DNA of 64,000 nucleotides from Mobula birostris (Eukaryota): assembly GCF_030028105.1 (NCBI RefSeq), contig NC_092388.1:27523684-27587683 (forward strand). The letters are read 5' to 3'. Positions 24,453 through 36,904 of the stretch are shown piece by piece. The notes beneath the pieces were generated by a model. The model ran no database searches, was not told the DNA's origin, and worked only from the letters and a program-made list of their open reading frames with translations. A program made the position numbers and the translations under genes. Position 1 is the stretch's first letter; every line of letters starts with the position of its first letter.

Positions 24453-27400
24453 TGTTATGTTTTGTAACTCCAGAAACTAATTGAAAGAGAAACACTGAAG
24501 CCAGGAAATTTGTCTACTTAATTTTCTTAGTGAAGCACTCACATATAACCCATAATGAATTATGTAAACAGAGAATGCTTAATCAAACAATATATTGACA
24601 ATATTTCTGAAATATTGAAGACCATACACTCCTTCTGGCTTAGCTATAAACACTTATTCAATATAGAATGCATCTCAACTCAAATATGTAATGTTTTGCT
24701 CTCTAGTATACTATACAGTATACAGTATACTACCATATCGACATCTACAACATAGCAAATTTTAGATTGACCCATTTAGATTTAATTGCTATGGAGAATT
24801 TCTTACTCCTGTGGGATAATGTCTTTCCTAATGAAGCAGGGGGTTGGGTGGGGGTCACTCTGTTTGGCAGATGAGACTCTCGGCTGTGAAAGAATCTCAG
24901 GTACTGGGGACCCCTCCGTACTGGTTGTAGGAGTTGATTCTGAGACTGTAGGAAATGGTTCTGAATGTTTTGAACAATTTTCTTCTCTAACAATGGCCTC
25001 TGCTCTCCTCAACTGATCGATATGTCATTTCCACTGTGTAAGGAAGTGCTCCAGTTCTATCCTTAATCTTTTTACGTATCCACTTTTGATCATCTCTTGT
25101 AGTCCCTCACTAGGACTGCTTGTCCAAGAGTGAAACATTGAACCTCCTTCTCAGATTAACTTTGAGGAGATCCAAGCATGAGTGCAAGGGGCAACCCAGG
25201 AACAGTATAGCTGGTTTGTTATTGGTTTTGGAATGTACTGCATTGAGATATGCAAAGAGGAAGTTGGCGAGCTTCTCAATCTGCCCAATCTGCTGATCTA
25301 TCCGAGGTCATCAGACATAGCTTCGAGCTTACACTTTCATTTTGACCATGCCAGATGAGTGGCATGCAGTTCCTCCAAAAGCTTGGATGGTACAACAAAT
25401 CTCAATTTCCACATAAGGCAACCCTCGTCAAGGGCAAGTTCAACCCAGTTCTGGTAAAAATTCAGGAACTGGAATATTTGTTGCACATTCCAGACTTTCT
25501 GGTTTGCCACAACTTGAGACAGTGTGGAGTCTTTTCTGGTTTCCCTTTGGATCATCTCTGCTGTAATAGGGAGACTTCCAATTTGCATTAGAGAGAATAC
25601 GTCAAGAGGAGTGTCATCTTTTGTAAAATTATCAGATGTTTTCTCTTCCAGAGGTAAACAGGATAATCCATCAGCATTTCCATGATTAATTCTCCTCTTG
25701 AATTTGATCTTTTAAGAATGTCCCCCAAGAATCAGAGCCCATTTCTGCATTTGTGCTGCTGCTGTTAATCGAACACCTTTCCGTGGATTGAAAATGGACA
25801 CTAGTGCTTCACTATCAGTAATGAGGGTAATCTTTCTCCCATAAAAGTACTAGTTGAAATATCTTACACTCCAAACAACACTAAAGGTCTCACTGACAAC
25901 CTCAGAATTAGAATCAGATTTAATATCAACAGCATATGTCGTGAAATTTGTTAACTTTATGGCAGCAGTAAAATATAATACATGATAAATAGATAAAGAG
26001 AAAAAAAAACTGAATTACACTATATATGTCTATTAAATAATACATTAAAATAAATAGTGCAAAAAATCAGAAATAAAAAAGTAGTGTGGTAATGTTCATG
26101 GGTACAATGTCCATTCAGAAATTTGATGGCGGTAGTAGGAAGTTGATCATGAATCACTGAATGTGTGCTTTCAGGTTTCTGTACCTACTTCTGTGCATAA
26201 TTTTTCTTGGAATGGGAATGGGATGCATAAGCTATGGACTGTTCAATTTCATAACATGTGACATGATGCACTTATATTTTAAGGCAAAGCACTTACAGGC
26301 ACGCTTCACTGGATGATAGGGATTCAATGTATGTGTACAGTACCTGACACCACCATTTCCTTTACTTTATTGAAAGTCACCTCACACTGTTTATTGCATT
26401 TGCCATTTCTTCCCAATCTGGAGTAATGAGTTCAAGGGGTGAAGCACAGTAGCCAGGTTTGACTGGAACCTCTTTTAGTAGTTAACAAATCCTATTTCAG
26501 ACCACAACTGTGACAAATTTATGGTCTTGGGGAATCCACTGCTGCTTGAATATTCTCAGCATGCATGCAATCCTTGTGCATTAGTGGTGTGACCACAGTA
26601 ACTGATGCTTTATTTAACACTCTTGAGATTTTGGAAATGTTCCATGTCGTCCTCACCAGGAACAATGATGTCATCCAGGTAATACTGAGTGACTGGCTGC
26701 CTTGCAGGGCCTGGTCAGAGTGCAGGTGCAGACACTACTCCAAAAATAGACCTATAATGGTGATAAACTCCTGTGTGAGTGTTTATGGTGAGAAACACTT
26801 TGGACTCCTCTTCCATCTCCAACGGTAGGTAGGCCTCAGATATGTCCACTTTGTGGAAGTATTTCCTTACAGATGGTTTGCAAATATATCCTCTATTCTG
26901 AGCAGAAGGTATTGATCTACTTTCAGTACTGGTTTGATGGTGACCTTAAAATGACCACATATTCTGGCAGACCCATCTTTCTTAGCTATTGGGACACTAA
27001 CATTATTCATGGGCTCCACTCAATGTTGGAAAGAATTAATGGCAGTCTCTATGCAATCCAGTTCACTGGCTTCTTTATCACAGATGGTGAAAGGAACAGG
27101 ACAGGCTTTGTAAAATTCAGTTGGCACTTACATTTAACACTATTTTACCATTGTTATGTTTGAGTTTTCCAGTACTATCCTTGAACACTGCTGAGGCATC
27201 ATCCCATACTTTTCTAAATTCACTTTTAGTTGACACTGTTCCACGAGATGTAGTAAGCAAATGGTGGATGGATCCCCAGTCAAGTTGTAGTTGTCTCAGC
27301 CACTCATGACTGCAAAGTGCCAAGTCTCCTGTTTTTCACTTCATAGAATCCCAATGTGGCTTATTGGTTGTTGTATTTCACTGTTACAAATGTCATTCCC

Positions 27401-28165
27401 TCAGGAATTATCTTTTCTCCAGTATAAGTTATCAGTTGGATATCTGTAGATTTCATTTCAGTATCTTTGAAATACCATTAAAACTCATTTTGTGGAATGA
27501 CTGAAGCAGCCAAACCAGTGTCCAAATCCATTTTCATGAAATTGCCGTTCTCTTCTAGTGTAAGCCATATGACTTGTCTCTGGGTTAATTTTCACTTGAC
27601 ATTTTATCTTTATCTCTTTGTGCAATCCATTCATTTTTGTCTTCCTGTCTTGCATTTTGTAAGTGTCCTACTTTGTTGCATTTTGTGCAAGTTTTGCCTT
27701 TTAATCTGCATTTGTCTGGTATATTTGAGCCTCTGCCACAATGGTAACACCATTTATTCAGCCAGGCAGTTTCTGTTTATGTGCGAATTTTGTTCACTTT
27801 CATTTTCATTCCTGACTGCAGCACAATTGTGTCCCTGGCCGAACGTTGATCCAGCAACTTGAACTATTCTTTTAAATGTGAGTTATACTTCAGTTAGGAA
27901 CCGTTTATGAATGCTTTCTTGTTAAATTCCACAAACTAAATGATCTCTCAGTGCAACATAAAGTCCTACATTGAACTGACAATGCTCAGAAATTTATTCA
28001 ATTCAGCCATGTAGGCTGAAAAAGACCCCCCTTCCTTTTAATTTCGTTTATAAAACCGGAAGTGTTCTGCATCCACAATAGTATTTGGTATGAAATGTTC
28101 CTGCACTACGTTCATAATATCAACAAAGGTCATTTTGGCTGGTTCAGTTGTAGCAGTTAAACCCC
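24453..28165 (-). mobile_element. Decayed Gypsy retrotransposon copy B (3' LTR, IN, RH, RT, PR, part of gag), same family as copy A
   Basis: LTR 24453-24628 followed by a PPT-like tract. Integrase zinc-finger region LLEELHATH (25337-25588). 26660-28165 is colinear with 2800-4500. Confidence 0.8.
25903..26190 (-). mobile_element. Rex1/Babar tail inserted in Gypsy copy B
   Basis: CAGAATTAGAATCAGATTTAATATC...GTGAAATTTGTTAAC matches the shared tail. Confidence 0.7.
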
Positions 28166-28291
28166 TAAGCCAGTGTTTCCCAACCTTTCTAAGCCCAACA
28201 TCCCCTAAAGGACTGTGTCATACTTGTCAACACCCACCAAAAGCACCTTCATACTTGCCAATGCCACTCATAGGCACAATATACTTTCTGA

Positions 28292-28930
28292 CGCTTCCAT
28301 TGTGTAAAATCCCTAATGTTCAATTCATTTTGAGAGAACTAGACTATAAAAGCAAGAGTGTAATGCTGAGCCTCATAAGTTACTGGTGAGGTCTCACTTG
28401 GAGCATTATGAGTAGTTTTGGGTCCCTTATACAAGAAAGGTTGTGCTGACATAGAAGAGGGTTCAAAGGAGGTTCACCTAAATGATTCCAGGATTGAAAG
28501 GCTTCTCATATGAAAAGCACTTGATAGCTCTGGGCCTGTACGTATTGGAATTCAGAAGAATCGGGGGGGGGGCATCTCATTGAAACCAGTTGAATGTTGA
28601 AAGGCCTCAACGGAGTAGATGCGGAGAAGATGTTCCTATGGCGGGGGAGTCTAAGACCAGAGGACACAGCCTCAGAATAGAGGGACGTTCATTTAAAATG
28701 GAGATGAGGAGGAATTTCTTTAGCCAGAGAGTGGTGAATCTGTGGAGGCCAAGTTATTGGGTATATATAAGGCAGAGGTTGATTGATTCTTGATTAGTCA
28801 GACCATAAAGGGATAGGGGGGAAAAGGCAGGAAATTGGGACCGAGACGGAAATTGATCAGCCATAATGAAATGGCGGAGCAGATTCGATGGCCCAAATGG
28901 GCTTATTCTGATCCTATATCTTATAGTCTT
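28292..28930 (+). mobile_element. CR1 LINE 3' fragment
   Basis: LDYKSKSVMLSL...RPHLE-like and GESKTRGHSLRIEG...RRNFFSQRVVNLW; tail ATCTTATAGTCTT. Confidence 0.85.
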
Positions 28931-28939
28931 TTATACATT

Positions 28940-29650
28940 TAGTTCAAAGTTCAATGTAAATTATATTATCAAAGTACACGTATGACACCATATATAACCC
29001 TGGGATTCTTCCTCTTGTGGGCACATTCAACAAACCTATAGAACAGTAACTACGACAGGATGAATGAAAAATCACCTAGTGTGCGGATGACAACAAAATG
29101 TGCAAATGCAAATATAAATAAATAGCACCAAATATCAAGAATATAAGATGAAGAGTCTTTGAAAGTGAGTTCATTGATTGTGAGAACATTTCAATGATGG
29201 GTCAGTAAATTTGAATGTAGTTATCCCCTTTTATTCAAGAGCCTGATGGTTCAGGGGTAGTAACTGTTCTTGAACCCGGTGGTGTGAGTCCTGAGGCTCT
29301 TGTACCTTCTACCTGATTGTAATAGTGAAAAGAGAACATGACCTGGGTAGAGGGGACCCCTCATGATGGATGCTGCTTTCCTATGAAAGCATTTCATGTA
29401 GAATTGCTTAATATTTGGGAGGGCTTTACCAGTGATGTACTGTTTTGAATCCAATACTTTCTGTAGGACTTTCTGTTTCTATACCAGGCTGTGATGCAGC
29501 CAGTCAATATATTCTCCACTATACACCTATAGAAGTTCATCAAAGTTTTACATGTCTTGCTGGATGTCTACAAAGTCCTAAGGAGATAGAGACACTGCTG
29601 TGCTTTCTTCTTCTTTCTTACATGCTGAGCCCAGGAAAAGTCCTCTAAAA
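28940..29650 (-). mobile_element. Rex1/Babar LINE 3' fragment with TTGAAC-type tail
   Basis: ORFs 29251-29454 (SGRRYKSLRTHTTGFKNSYYP) and KKAQQCLYLLR. Confidence 0.8.
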
Positions 29651-29654
29651 TAGT

Positions 29655-30548
29655 GCATTTATTATCAAAGTATGTATGCAGCATACAACCCTGAGATTTG
29701 TTTTCCAAACAGATAGCCACAAGACAAAGAAAACCATGGAACCCATTCAATGAACAACATCAACCCCTCCCCCATGTGCAAAAGAAAACAAATCACTCAA
29801 ATGGCAATAAAAAAATGAACAAAAACACAGAATATTAAACACAAAATCGAAGAGGTCCAGACATACTCAGTTCAGTTCAGTGTTCCTTGCCTTCAGGTCG
29901 CCTGATTCAAAATCGCTCAAAATGGCAACTAAACAAGTATGACCAGAAAACAGAAACACATCATAACATGAACTATGGAGTTCAAACCACAACTGTTGAT
30001 TAACCATTGCCTAAGACTCAGAACTTGAGCACTATCCTTCGACAACACTGAGCGATAAGGAGAGAGAGCATTTGAATGTGGGAACCTTCCCTTGGAAGCA
30101 GCAAGCGAAAGGGAAAAAGAGAGAGACCATCACACACAGAGACCTTCTTCTGGCAGCAGTGAGTGAGAGTTTGGTGGGTGGCACTGAACACCATTCACCT
30201 TTCACATTCATCTCGATTTCAATCTTCCTTGGCACTTTAATTGGCAATGTTATGAGTTCGGCGAGAAATGGAGCTAATCGTGGGCTCACGCCCCATCTCC
30301 AGGCTTCTTGTCCTCGAGGCCACACACTTCATTCGAAGCCTCATGGAACCCCTTCAGAGACTGTAAAGCACTAGATCACTCAATCAGCCTCAAAGCACAC
30401 TGCCAAAGTGTGGATCACAGACTCCAACAGTAGCAGAACAACATTTTGAAGAAAAAAATATGTAAAGGAAGGTGAAAGAAATACTTTTGTGATCTGTTTG
30501 GTGGATGTCGTCCTTGGTCGTGTTGTTCGCTGGCGTCACCTTTTTCCG
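29655..30548 (-). mobile_element. Non-autonomous retroposon with Rex1-like tail and unrelated body
   Basis: Tail matches 6268-6370; the minus-strand head is CCGGAAAAAGGTGACGCC; no RT homology in the body. Confidence 0.5.
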
Positions 30549-30609
30549 GTTGACTAATCTACAAAACGTATTTACATCTCAATGATCAAATGCCATCTGT
30601 AGCTCCATG

Positions 30610-31010
30610 GATAGATAGATAGATAGATATACTTTATTGATCCAGAGGGAAATTGAGTTTCGTTACAGCCGCACCAACCAGGAATAGAGCATAAATATAG
30701 CAATACAAAAACCACAAACAATCAAACAACAAAATGCAAACTATGCCAGATGGAAATAAGTCCAGGACCAGCCTATTGGCTCAGGGTGTCTGACCCTCCA
30801 CGGAGGAGCTGCAAAGTTCAATGGCCACGGGCAGGAACAACCTCCCGTGACGCCCAGTGTTGTATCTCGGTGGAATATGGCCGGAGTCCAACAGCAAAAA
30901 GTTCAATATCTGGTCTACAAACATGTTCCTCAATCGTAATATGACCAGGATTGCACCATACAGTAACCAGAACAGTAAGCACCCAACTCCTTTACGCCTA
31001 CCGCTCTCAG
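30610..31010 (-). mobile_element. Rex1-like LINE 3' end with (CTAT)n tail
   Basis: (GATA)n at 30610-30630 followed by CTTTATTGATCC; peptide PRYNTGRHGRLFLPVAIELCSSS. Confidence 0.65.
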
Positions 31011-31049
31011 CGTAATAACATTTATTTCTCACACCAGAAACCTCTGCAC

Positions 31050-31190
31050 CAGTGTTGATGCTCTGGGGTAACAGTGAGAGAATCCTGCACTGCTGTCAGT
31101 GACATCCTTTAGATGAGATGATAAAACCAACCAAGATTCTTGAGTAGGTGTACATTTCCATGAAATTACTTTGAAAGAAGGTAGCAGATT
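31050..31190 (+). mobile_element. Deu-domain SINE remnant, interrupted by a CR1 tail
   Basis: CTGCACTGCTGTCAGTGACATCCTTTAGATGAGATGATAAAACC resembles the Deu core; homologous to 9380-9530. Confidence 0.45.
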
Positions 31191-31194
31191 GATA

Positions 31195-31445
31195 GACCAT
31201 AGAAAGTTACAGCATGATGTTGTGCTGACCTGCTAATATACCCTAAGACCAATCTAACCCTTTCTTTCTACATACCTCTCCATTTTCCCCTGTTCCAATC
31301 TGAGTTTCTTAAACTTCCCTAATATATCTGTTTCTATCACCATTTCTGGCCGGATGTTCCATGCACCCATCATTCTCTGTGTCAAAACATACCTCTGACA
31401 CCCCCCTCCCCTATACTTCCTTCCAGACACCTTGAAATTATGCCT
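31195..31445 (-). mobile_element. CR1 3' tail fragment
   Basis: ORF 31254-31472 RHNFKVSGRKYRG...TQRMMGAWN. Confidence 0.7.
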
Positions 31446-32145
31446 AGAAGTATCTTGAAGAAAATTCATCATTGAAGTATTTGTCCCTCACTCAGATTAT
31501 AGGTGAAGGGATAATGCAGTATACGTTTTGGCTGCTACATTTCAATCATTATAGTGACTTTATGATGCATTTCATTAAAATGTTCTGAAAGGAATGTGTA
31601 GGCTGCCATTTAAATGCAAATCTTTTTCTTTAATCCCTTCTGTGTGTTTGCAATACAAAAATTAACAATGTTCCTGCTTCAACAGTCAGAAGAGTACATG
31701 AAATGTGCAGTAGAAATTTGTTTCTAATTGTATTCCCCATGTGATGGTGTGACTTTCCTCCAAGTGCTTTAGTTTGCTCGAAGATAACAAATCTTGGTTA
31801 ACTGGCCTGTGTAATTTGCCCTTGGTGAATAATGGAGTGCTAGACCCTGAAGGGTATTGATGGGGAAGTGGGAAGAAGTGGGATCAGGCTCAGATTAAAT
31901 TGACTGGCTGTTTGGTGGTTGATGTGGACTCAGAGGATTAAAAGGCTTATTTCCGTAGATATGTTATTTAATATGTCTATAGCTCTAAGCATATCCTACT
32001 CTCTTAGTTGGAACTGAATATCCACTGCATAGTGCAACTGTTACTGACTGTCCATACTGCATGCAAATTGATTGCATGAGTAATCATAAAGAATCCTTCA
32101 TCTTTATTATAAGTACTTTCTCCCTTCTTCATTTTCTGTGTTTAG

Positions 32146-32313
32146 GTGTCATCAGAACAGCTTTAGCCAACATGGACAGAGAAGTCAAGGAAGACTATCA
32201 AGTTATCATCCAAGCCAAAGACATGGAAGGACAAATGGGAGGGTTGGCAGGCACGACAACTATAAATATCACGCTTACTGACGTCAATGACAATCCACCC
32301 AGGTTTGCCAAAA
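32146..32313 (+). CDS. CDH12: Internal coding exon of a type II classical cadherin, most like cadherin-12 (C-terminal half of EC2)
   Basis: Polypyrimidine tract + TTTAG acceptor (32141-32145) and GTAAGC donor at 32314; 168 nt, phase 1/1. Encodes [56 protein letters not shown](S) with the DRE, AxD and DxNDN calcium motifs. Type II cadherin identity is near certain. DREVKE, YQV and terminal KS favour CDH12 over CDH20/CDH18 (recalled sequences; paralog call ~0.7). Confidence 0.9.
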
Positions 32314-32804
32314 GTAAGCTTACTTTCTCCACTCAGCACTTCAGAACCTTTGACATGCAGCATGTGTTCTTAAGGCATGTAACAGAAAATAACATTGTCC
32401 AACCTGAGAATTTGATCAAATCTCCACACATTTCAGGGGAAATGCTATTGATCAATGATGCTCTTTAATAGAGGAATTTTGAATGCTGTGTTCCCTTCAT
32501 TTAATTAAACAGGTTCATTAGTTAGAAGATATTATTCAAGGTATACCAAGTCCCACTTGAGCCAATTTTAATTAAACAAGCATTTTTATTGAAGAGCTTG
32601 ATGTTTTTTTGTCGCCAAGGAACAGGGAGAGCATAAAAAAATAACATAAGGCATACTGTATAATAGATTATTGATGTCAGAAATTTTCAACTAGTTTAAA
32701 CCCCATATTCTCATGACACTTCTGTTTTGTGCAGAATGTTAGTCTGTTAAATGAATGTTCACATAGAGACTGATTAATATTTACCTCTATTGTTATTATA
32801 CATA

Positions 32805-34438
32805 CAGTGGCATGCAAATGTTTGGGCACCCCTGGTCAAAATTTCTGTTACTGTGAATAGCTAAGCAAGTGAAAGATGACCTGATTTCCAAAAGGCACGA
32901 AGTTAAAGATGACACATTTCTTTAACATTTTCAGCAAGATTACTTTTTCATTTCCATGTTTTAAAGTTTCAAAATGACAAAAAAGGAAAAGGGCCCAAAG
33001 CAAATGTTTGGGCACCCTGTATGGTCAGTACTTAGTAATACCCCCTTTGGCAAGTATCACAGGTTGTAACAACACTTTCTGTAGCCAGCTAAGTCTTTCA
33101 ATTCTTGTTTGGGGGATTTTCACCCATTCTTCCTTGCAAAAGGGTTCTAGTTCTGTAAGATTCTTGGGCCGTCTTGCATGCACTGCTCTTTTGAGGTCTA
33201 TCCACAGACTTTCGATTATGTTTAGGTTGGGGGACTGTGAGGGCCATGGCAAAACCTTCCGCTTGCACCTTTTGAGGTAGTCCATTGTGGATTTTGAGGT
33301 GTGTTTAGGATTATTATCCTGTTGTAGAAGCCATCCTCTTTTCATCTTCGGCTTTTTTTTTTACAGACGGTGTGATGTTTGCTTCCAGAATTTGCTGGTA
33401 TTTAATTGAATTCATTCTTCCCTCTACCAGTGAAATGTTCCCCGTGCCACTGGCTGCAACACAAGCCCAAAGCATGATCGATCCACCCCCGTGCTTAACA
33501 GTTGGAAAGGTGTTCCTTTCATGAAATTCTGCACCCTTTTTTCTCCAAACATACCTTTGCTCATTGCGGCCAAAAAGTTCTATTTTAACTTCATCAGTCC
33601 ACGGGACTTGTTTCCAAAATGCGTCAGGCTTGTTTAGATGTTCCTTTGCAAACTTCTGACACTGAATTTTGTGGTGTGGACGCAGGAGAGGTTTCCTTCT
33701 GATGACTCTCCCATGAAGGTCATACTTGTGCACGTGTCGCTGCACAGTAGAACAGTGCACCACCACTGCAGAATCTGCTAAATCTTCCTGAAGGTCTTTT
33801 GCAGTCAAACAAAGGTTCTGATTTGCCTTTCTAGCAATCCTACGAACAGTTCTCTCAGAAAGTTTTCTTGGTCTTCCAGACCTCAACTTGATCTCCACCT
33901 TTCCTGTTATAACTGCCATTTCTTAATTACATTACGAACTGAGGAAACAGCTACCTGAAAACACTTTGCTATCTTCTTATAGCCTTCTTCTGCTTTGTGG
34001 GTATCATTTAATTTAATTTAATTTTCAGAATGCTAGGCAGCTGTTTAGAGGAGCCCAAGGCTGTTGATTGTTGGAATAACGTTTGAGGAGTCAGGGTAAT
34101 TTGTAAAGCTTTGAAATTTCATCACCTGGCCTTTCCTAACGATGATTGTGAACAAGCCATAGCCCTAACAAGCTAATTATGGTCTGAAACCTTGGTAAAA
34201 GTTATCTGAGAGCTCAAATCTCTTGGGGTGCCCAAACTTTTGCACAGTGCTCCTTTCCTTGTTTTCACTCTAAAATTGTGCAAAACAAAAATAATACACT
34301 GATCTTGCTTAAAACGTTGAAAAGAATGTTTCATCTTTAACTTTATGATGTTCAGAGATCAGTTCATCTTCTACTCACTTAACTACTCACAGTAACAGAA
34401 GTTTTGACCAGGGGTGCCCAAATATTTGCATACCACTG
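32805..34438 (-). mobile_element. Full-length Tc1 IR/DR transposon with frameshifted DDE transposase
   Basis: TA TSDs at 32803-32804 and 34439-34440. TIRs ~210 bp (CAGTGGCATGCAAATGTTTGGGCACCCC...) with an internal repeat of TTTGGGCACCC (~33007; reverse ~34226). Transposase motifs WTDE, VKHGGGSIMLW, QQDNNPKH, SPNLNIIE. Confidence 0.95.
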
Positions 34439-34872
34439 TATAACTTTCAAAACTGAGCAAGACTATGCATGGCTTCTAGGGGTTAAATTTTGTCTGTTCA
34501 TCACAAGAAAACTCTGTGAATAAGGTAAAACCATGTCAACAAAGTTGTTAAATATTTAATTAGAAGCTGATCACCAACCAGTTCTCTTGACTTCTTTTCT
34601 CTTTCTGTGTCTTACTACTATTCAATGCAATCTTGAAAGAAACTTACTCAAAGGAGCATTAGTTGTCTTTGTAGTTGGTATCATTTCCCAAAGCCTACTT
34701 TGATAAGAAGGCAAGTTCAGGTTTGAAAAACAAATTAGCGCTCACGTTAATTATTTAAATGAATTGTAAAGACAAAGCTGTCAGTCAAATGCCACTTGGG
34801 TCTCAAAAAAATGCAACCTGCCAAGTCAATAGACATATTTAAAGTTGAGGTTGATAAGTTCTTGATTAATAA

Positions 34873-35558
34873 AGAAGGTGAGGAGAAGGCGGCGCAATGC
34901 AGCGTGCATGGCCGCTCCGAAATGATATCGTATTTGTAAGTAGGTTACGTGCACAATCCTGATTTGATGGAGACAGACGTGAGAAGCACGGAGGAACATC
35001 TGAAGAAACTTCTGAAATGCCCGCTTCACTGCCGCTGCTACTGTGCGATCAAGAATCTCCAGAGGAGAAGGCCCCAAATCCTTGGCTTTTCCTATTGCCT
35101 GTTGCCAGGGCCAGGGTCGAAGCGCTCGGCAGAGATGATGCTCGGTGCTCGGTGTCGGAGAGCTGGTCGGAGGCTCGAAGTTTTCGGAGGGACTCAAGAG
35201 TCGGCTGTGGTCGGGTGCTTCCAGGGTGCTGCATCGGCAAGTTTGCGGTGCTGGAAGGTTATGTCAGGGGGAGTTTCTCCCTTCTACCGTCTGCGTGAGA
35301 TGATGGGACTTTCAAGAGATTTTGAGACTTTTTTTTTACCATTCCCATGGTCTGTTCTTTATCAAATTATGATATGGCTTTGCACTGTTGTAACTATATA
35401 TTATAATTATGTGGTGTTTGTCAGTTCTTTTAGTCTTGGTTTGCCTTGTGTTTCTGTGATATCATTCTGGAGGAACATTGTATCATTTCTTAATGTATGC
35501 ATTACTAAATGACAATAAAAGAGGACTGTGTGTCCTCATAATCTAACCTAATCTAATC
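34873..35558 (+). mobile_element. Non-autonomous retroposon family X, copy 2
   Basis: Stem-loop GAGGAC-TGTGT-GTCCTC (35521-35537) then (AATCT)n. TSD TAATAA at 34867-34872 / 35559-35564. Splits a CR1 3' end. Confidence 0.85.
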
Positions 35559-36904
35559 TAATAAGGGCATCAGTTTCCAGGGAGAAGGCAGGAGAATGGT
35601 GTTCAGAGGGATAATAAATCATCCAAGATGGAATGGCAGAGAGGACGTGATGGGCTGAAAGGCCTAGTTCTGCTTTGACGCCTTATGGTCTTTTCCCGTT
35701 AGCCACACCCATTGCTTTGAGAAAACTGGGAGTGTGAATGAATTCTCTGGAGGATAATTTAGATATCAAGCATATTCTAAGAATGTGCTTTTACTTCAAT
35801 GTTAACTAAAGTCATTAGAGACAACAGAACTGTTGCAGGAAATGCCAACTGAAGCATATTTGCCTGACTAATGAGGATAACTACTCACATTTTTGCAGTA
35901 CAATCTTTCATTTCAAGGGTATTTTATAGAAATGTACGAAGAAAAAAGTAAATGGGTGTCAACCCACAGGCAGGAATCAGCAAGCGTTTGTTGATTTAAC
36001 TGTAAAGGCAGATTTCAATGAGAGTCATAAAAGTTTGGAAGGCAGTTAAGCGATTTATAATAAAGTATCAGTGAATAGTGCAAGACAATGAGCAAAATGA
36101 CATCTGTGAGGCTAGGATCTGCAGAATAGACTCTGGATGTTGTAGATGTGGAGAGTTTGAATTGATAATGACAGTGTAAACTATTCCAACCTTAAGCGAT
36201 AAGGGTAAAAAAAAAGATGGGAAATCAAGAGTCGGTGTAGGTTAGTGAGCACATGAGTAAATGATGAAGGATGACTTGTCATGTATTGTATTAATATTGG
36301 ATAAGGTGATGATTATGCAGGACAGATAAAGGTGAATCTGATCAGAAGTCCCTTGGAATAGTAGCATCTAAACACAATAAGGGCATGGATAAAAAAATAC
36401 ACTTTTATCATACTAACATCATCCATCAAGCCCATGCAATTTGACCTACTTATCTTTCAGACAGAAGTGAAATTTTCACATCTACCTGAAAGGTAAGTAG
36501 GTCAATTTAATAAAATTTCATGTAGCAGTTTTGGATGCCAAAACTACTTGTTTAGTCTAAGCTGTCATTGTCTTAGGTGAAAGCCACTTGAAACTGCAGG
36601 AAGAAGGATCTATTGCTTAGAACATAACTCAGAGTGAAGTAAGACATTGGAAACAATATATGGACTGGCTTAGCAGTAAGTAGTGAATAAGATGGCATTA
36701 GTGACAAAGCAATATAGTATACAGATGAGAAACAAAATTTAAGGCTTCACCAAGCATAGCCTTTGCTCAGTATGTAGGTTATTAAACAAGGACAGGAGGA
36801 CAAGTTGCTCATGAAGCCTTAAATCATAGATATTTATTTGTAAATAGAGACAGGAATGATCCCTTAGCTGAGGTACCAACTACTGAGGAGAATGAATGAG
36901 GGAT

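Noticed and set aside
32061-32468. 135-aa ORF as a stand-alone cadherin protein
   Set aside because: Cadherin similarity is confined to 32146-32313 between canonical splice sites; the rest is intron read-through.
33345-33365. A-run frameshift in both Tc1 copies as programmed frameshifting
   Set aside because: Restoring frame needs +1, not the canonical -1. The run differs between copies (10 vs an interrupted 13 nt) and other lesions exist, so slippage decay is simpler.
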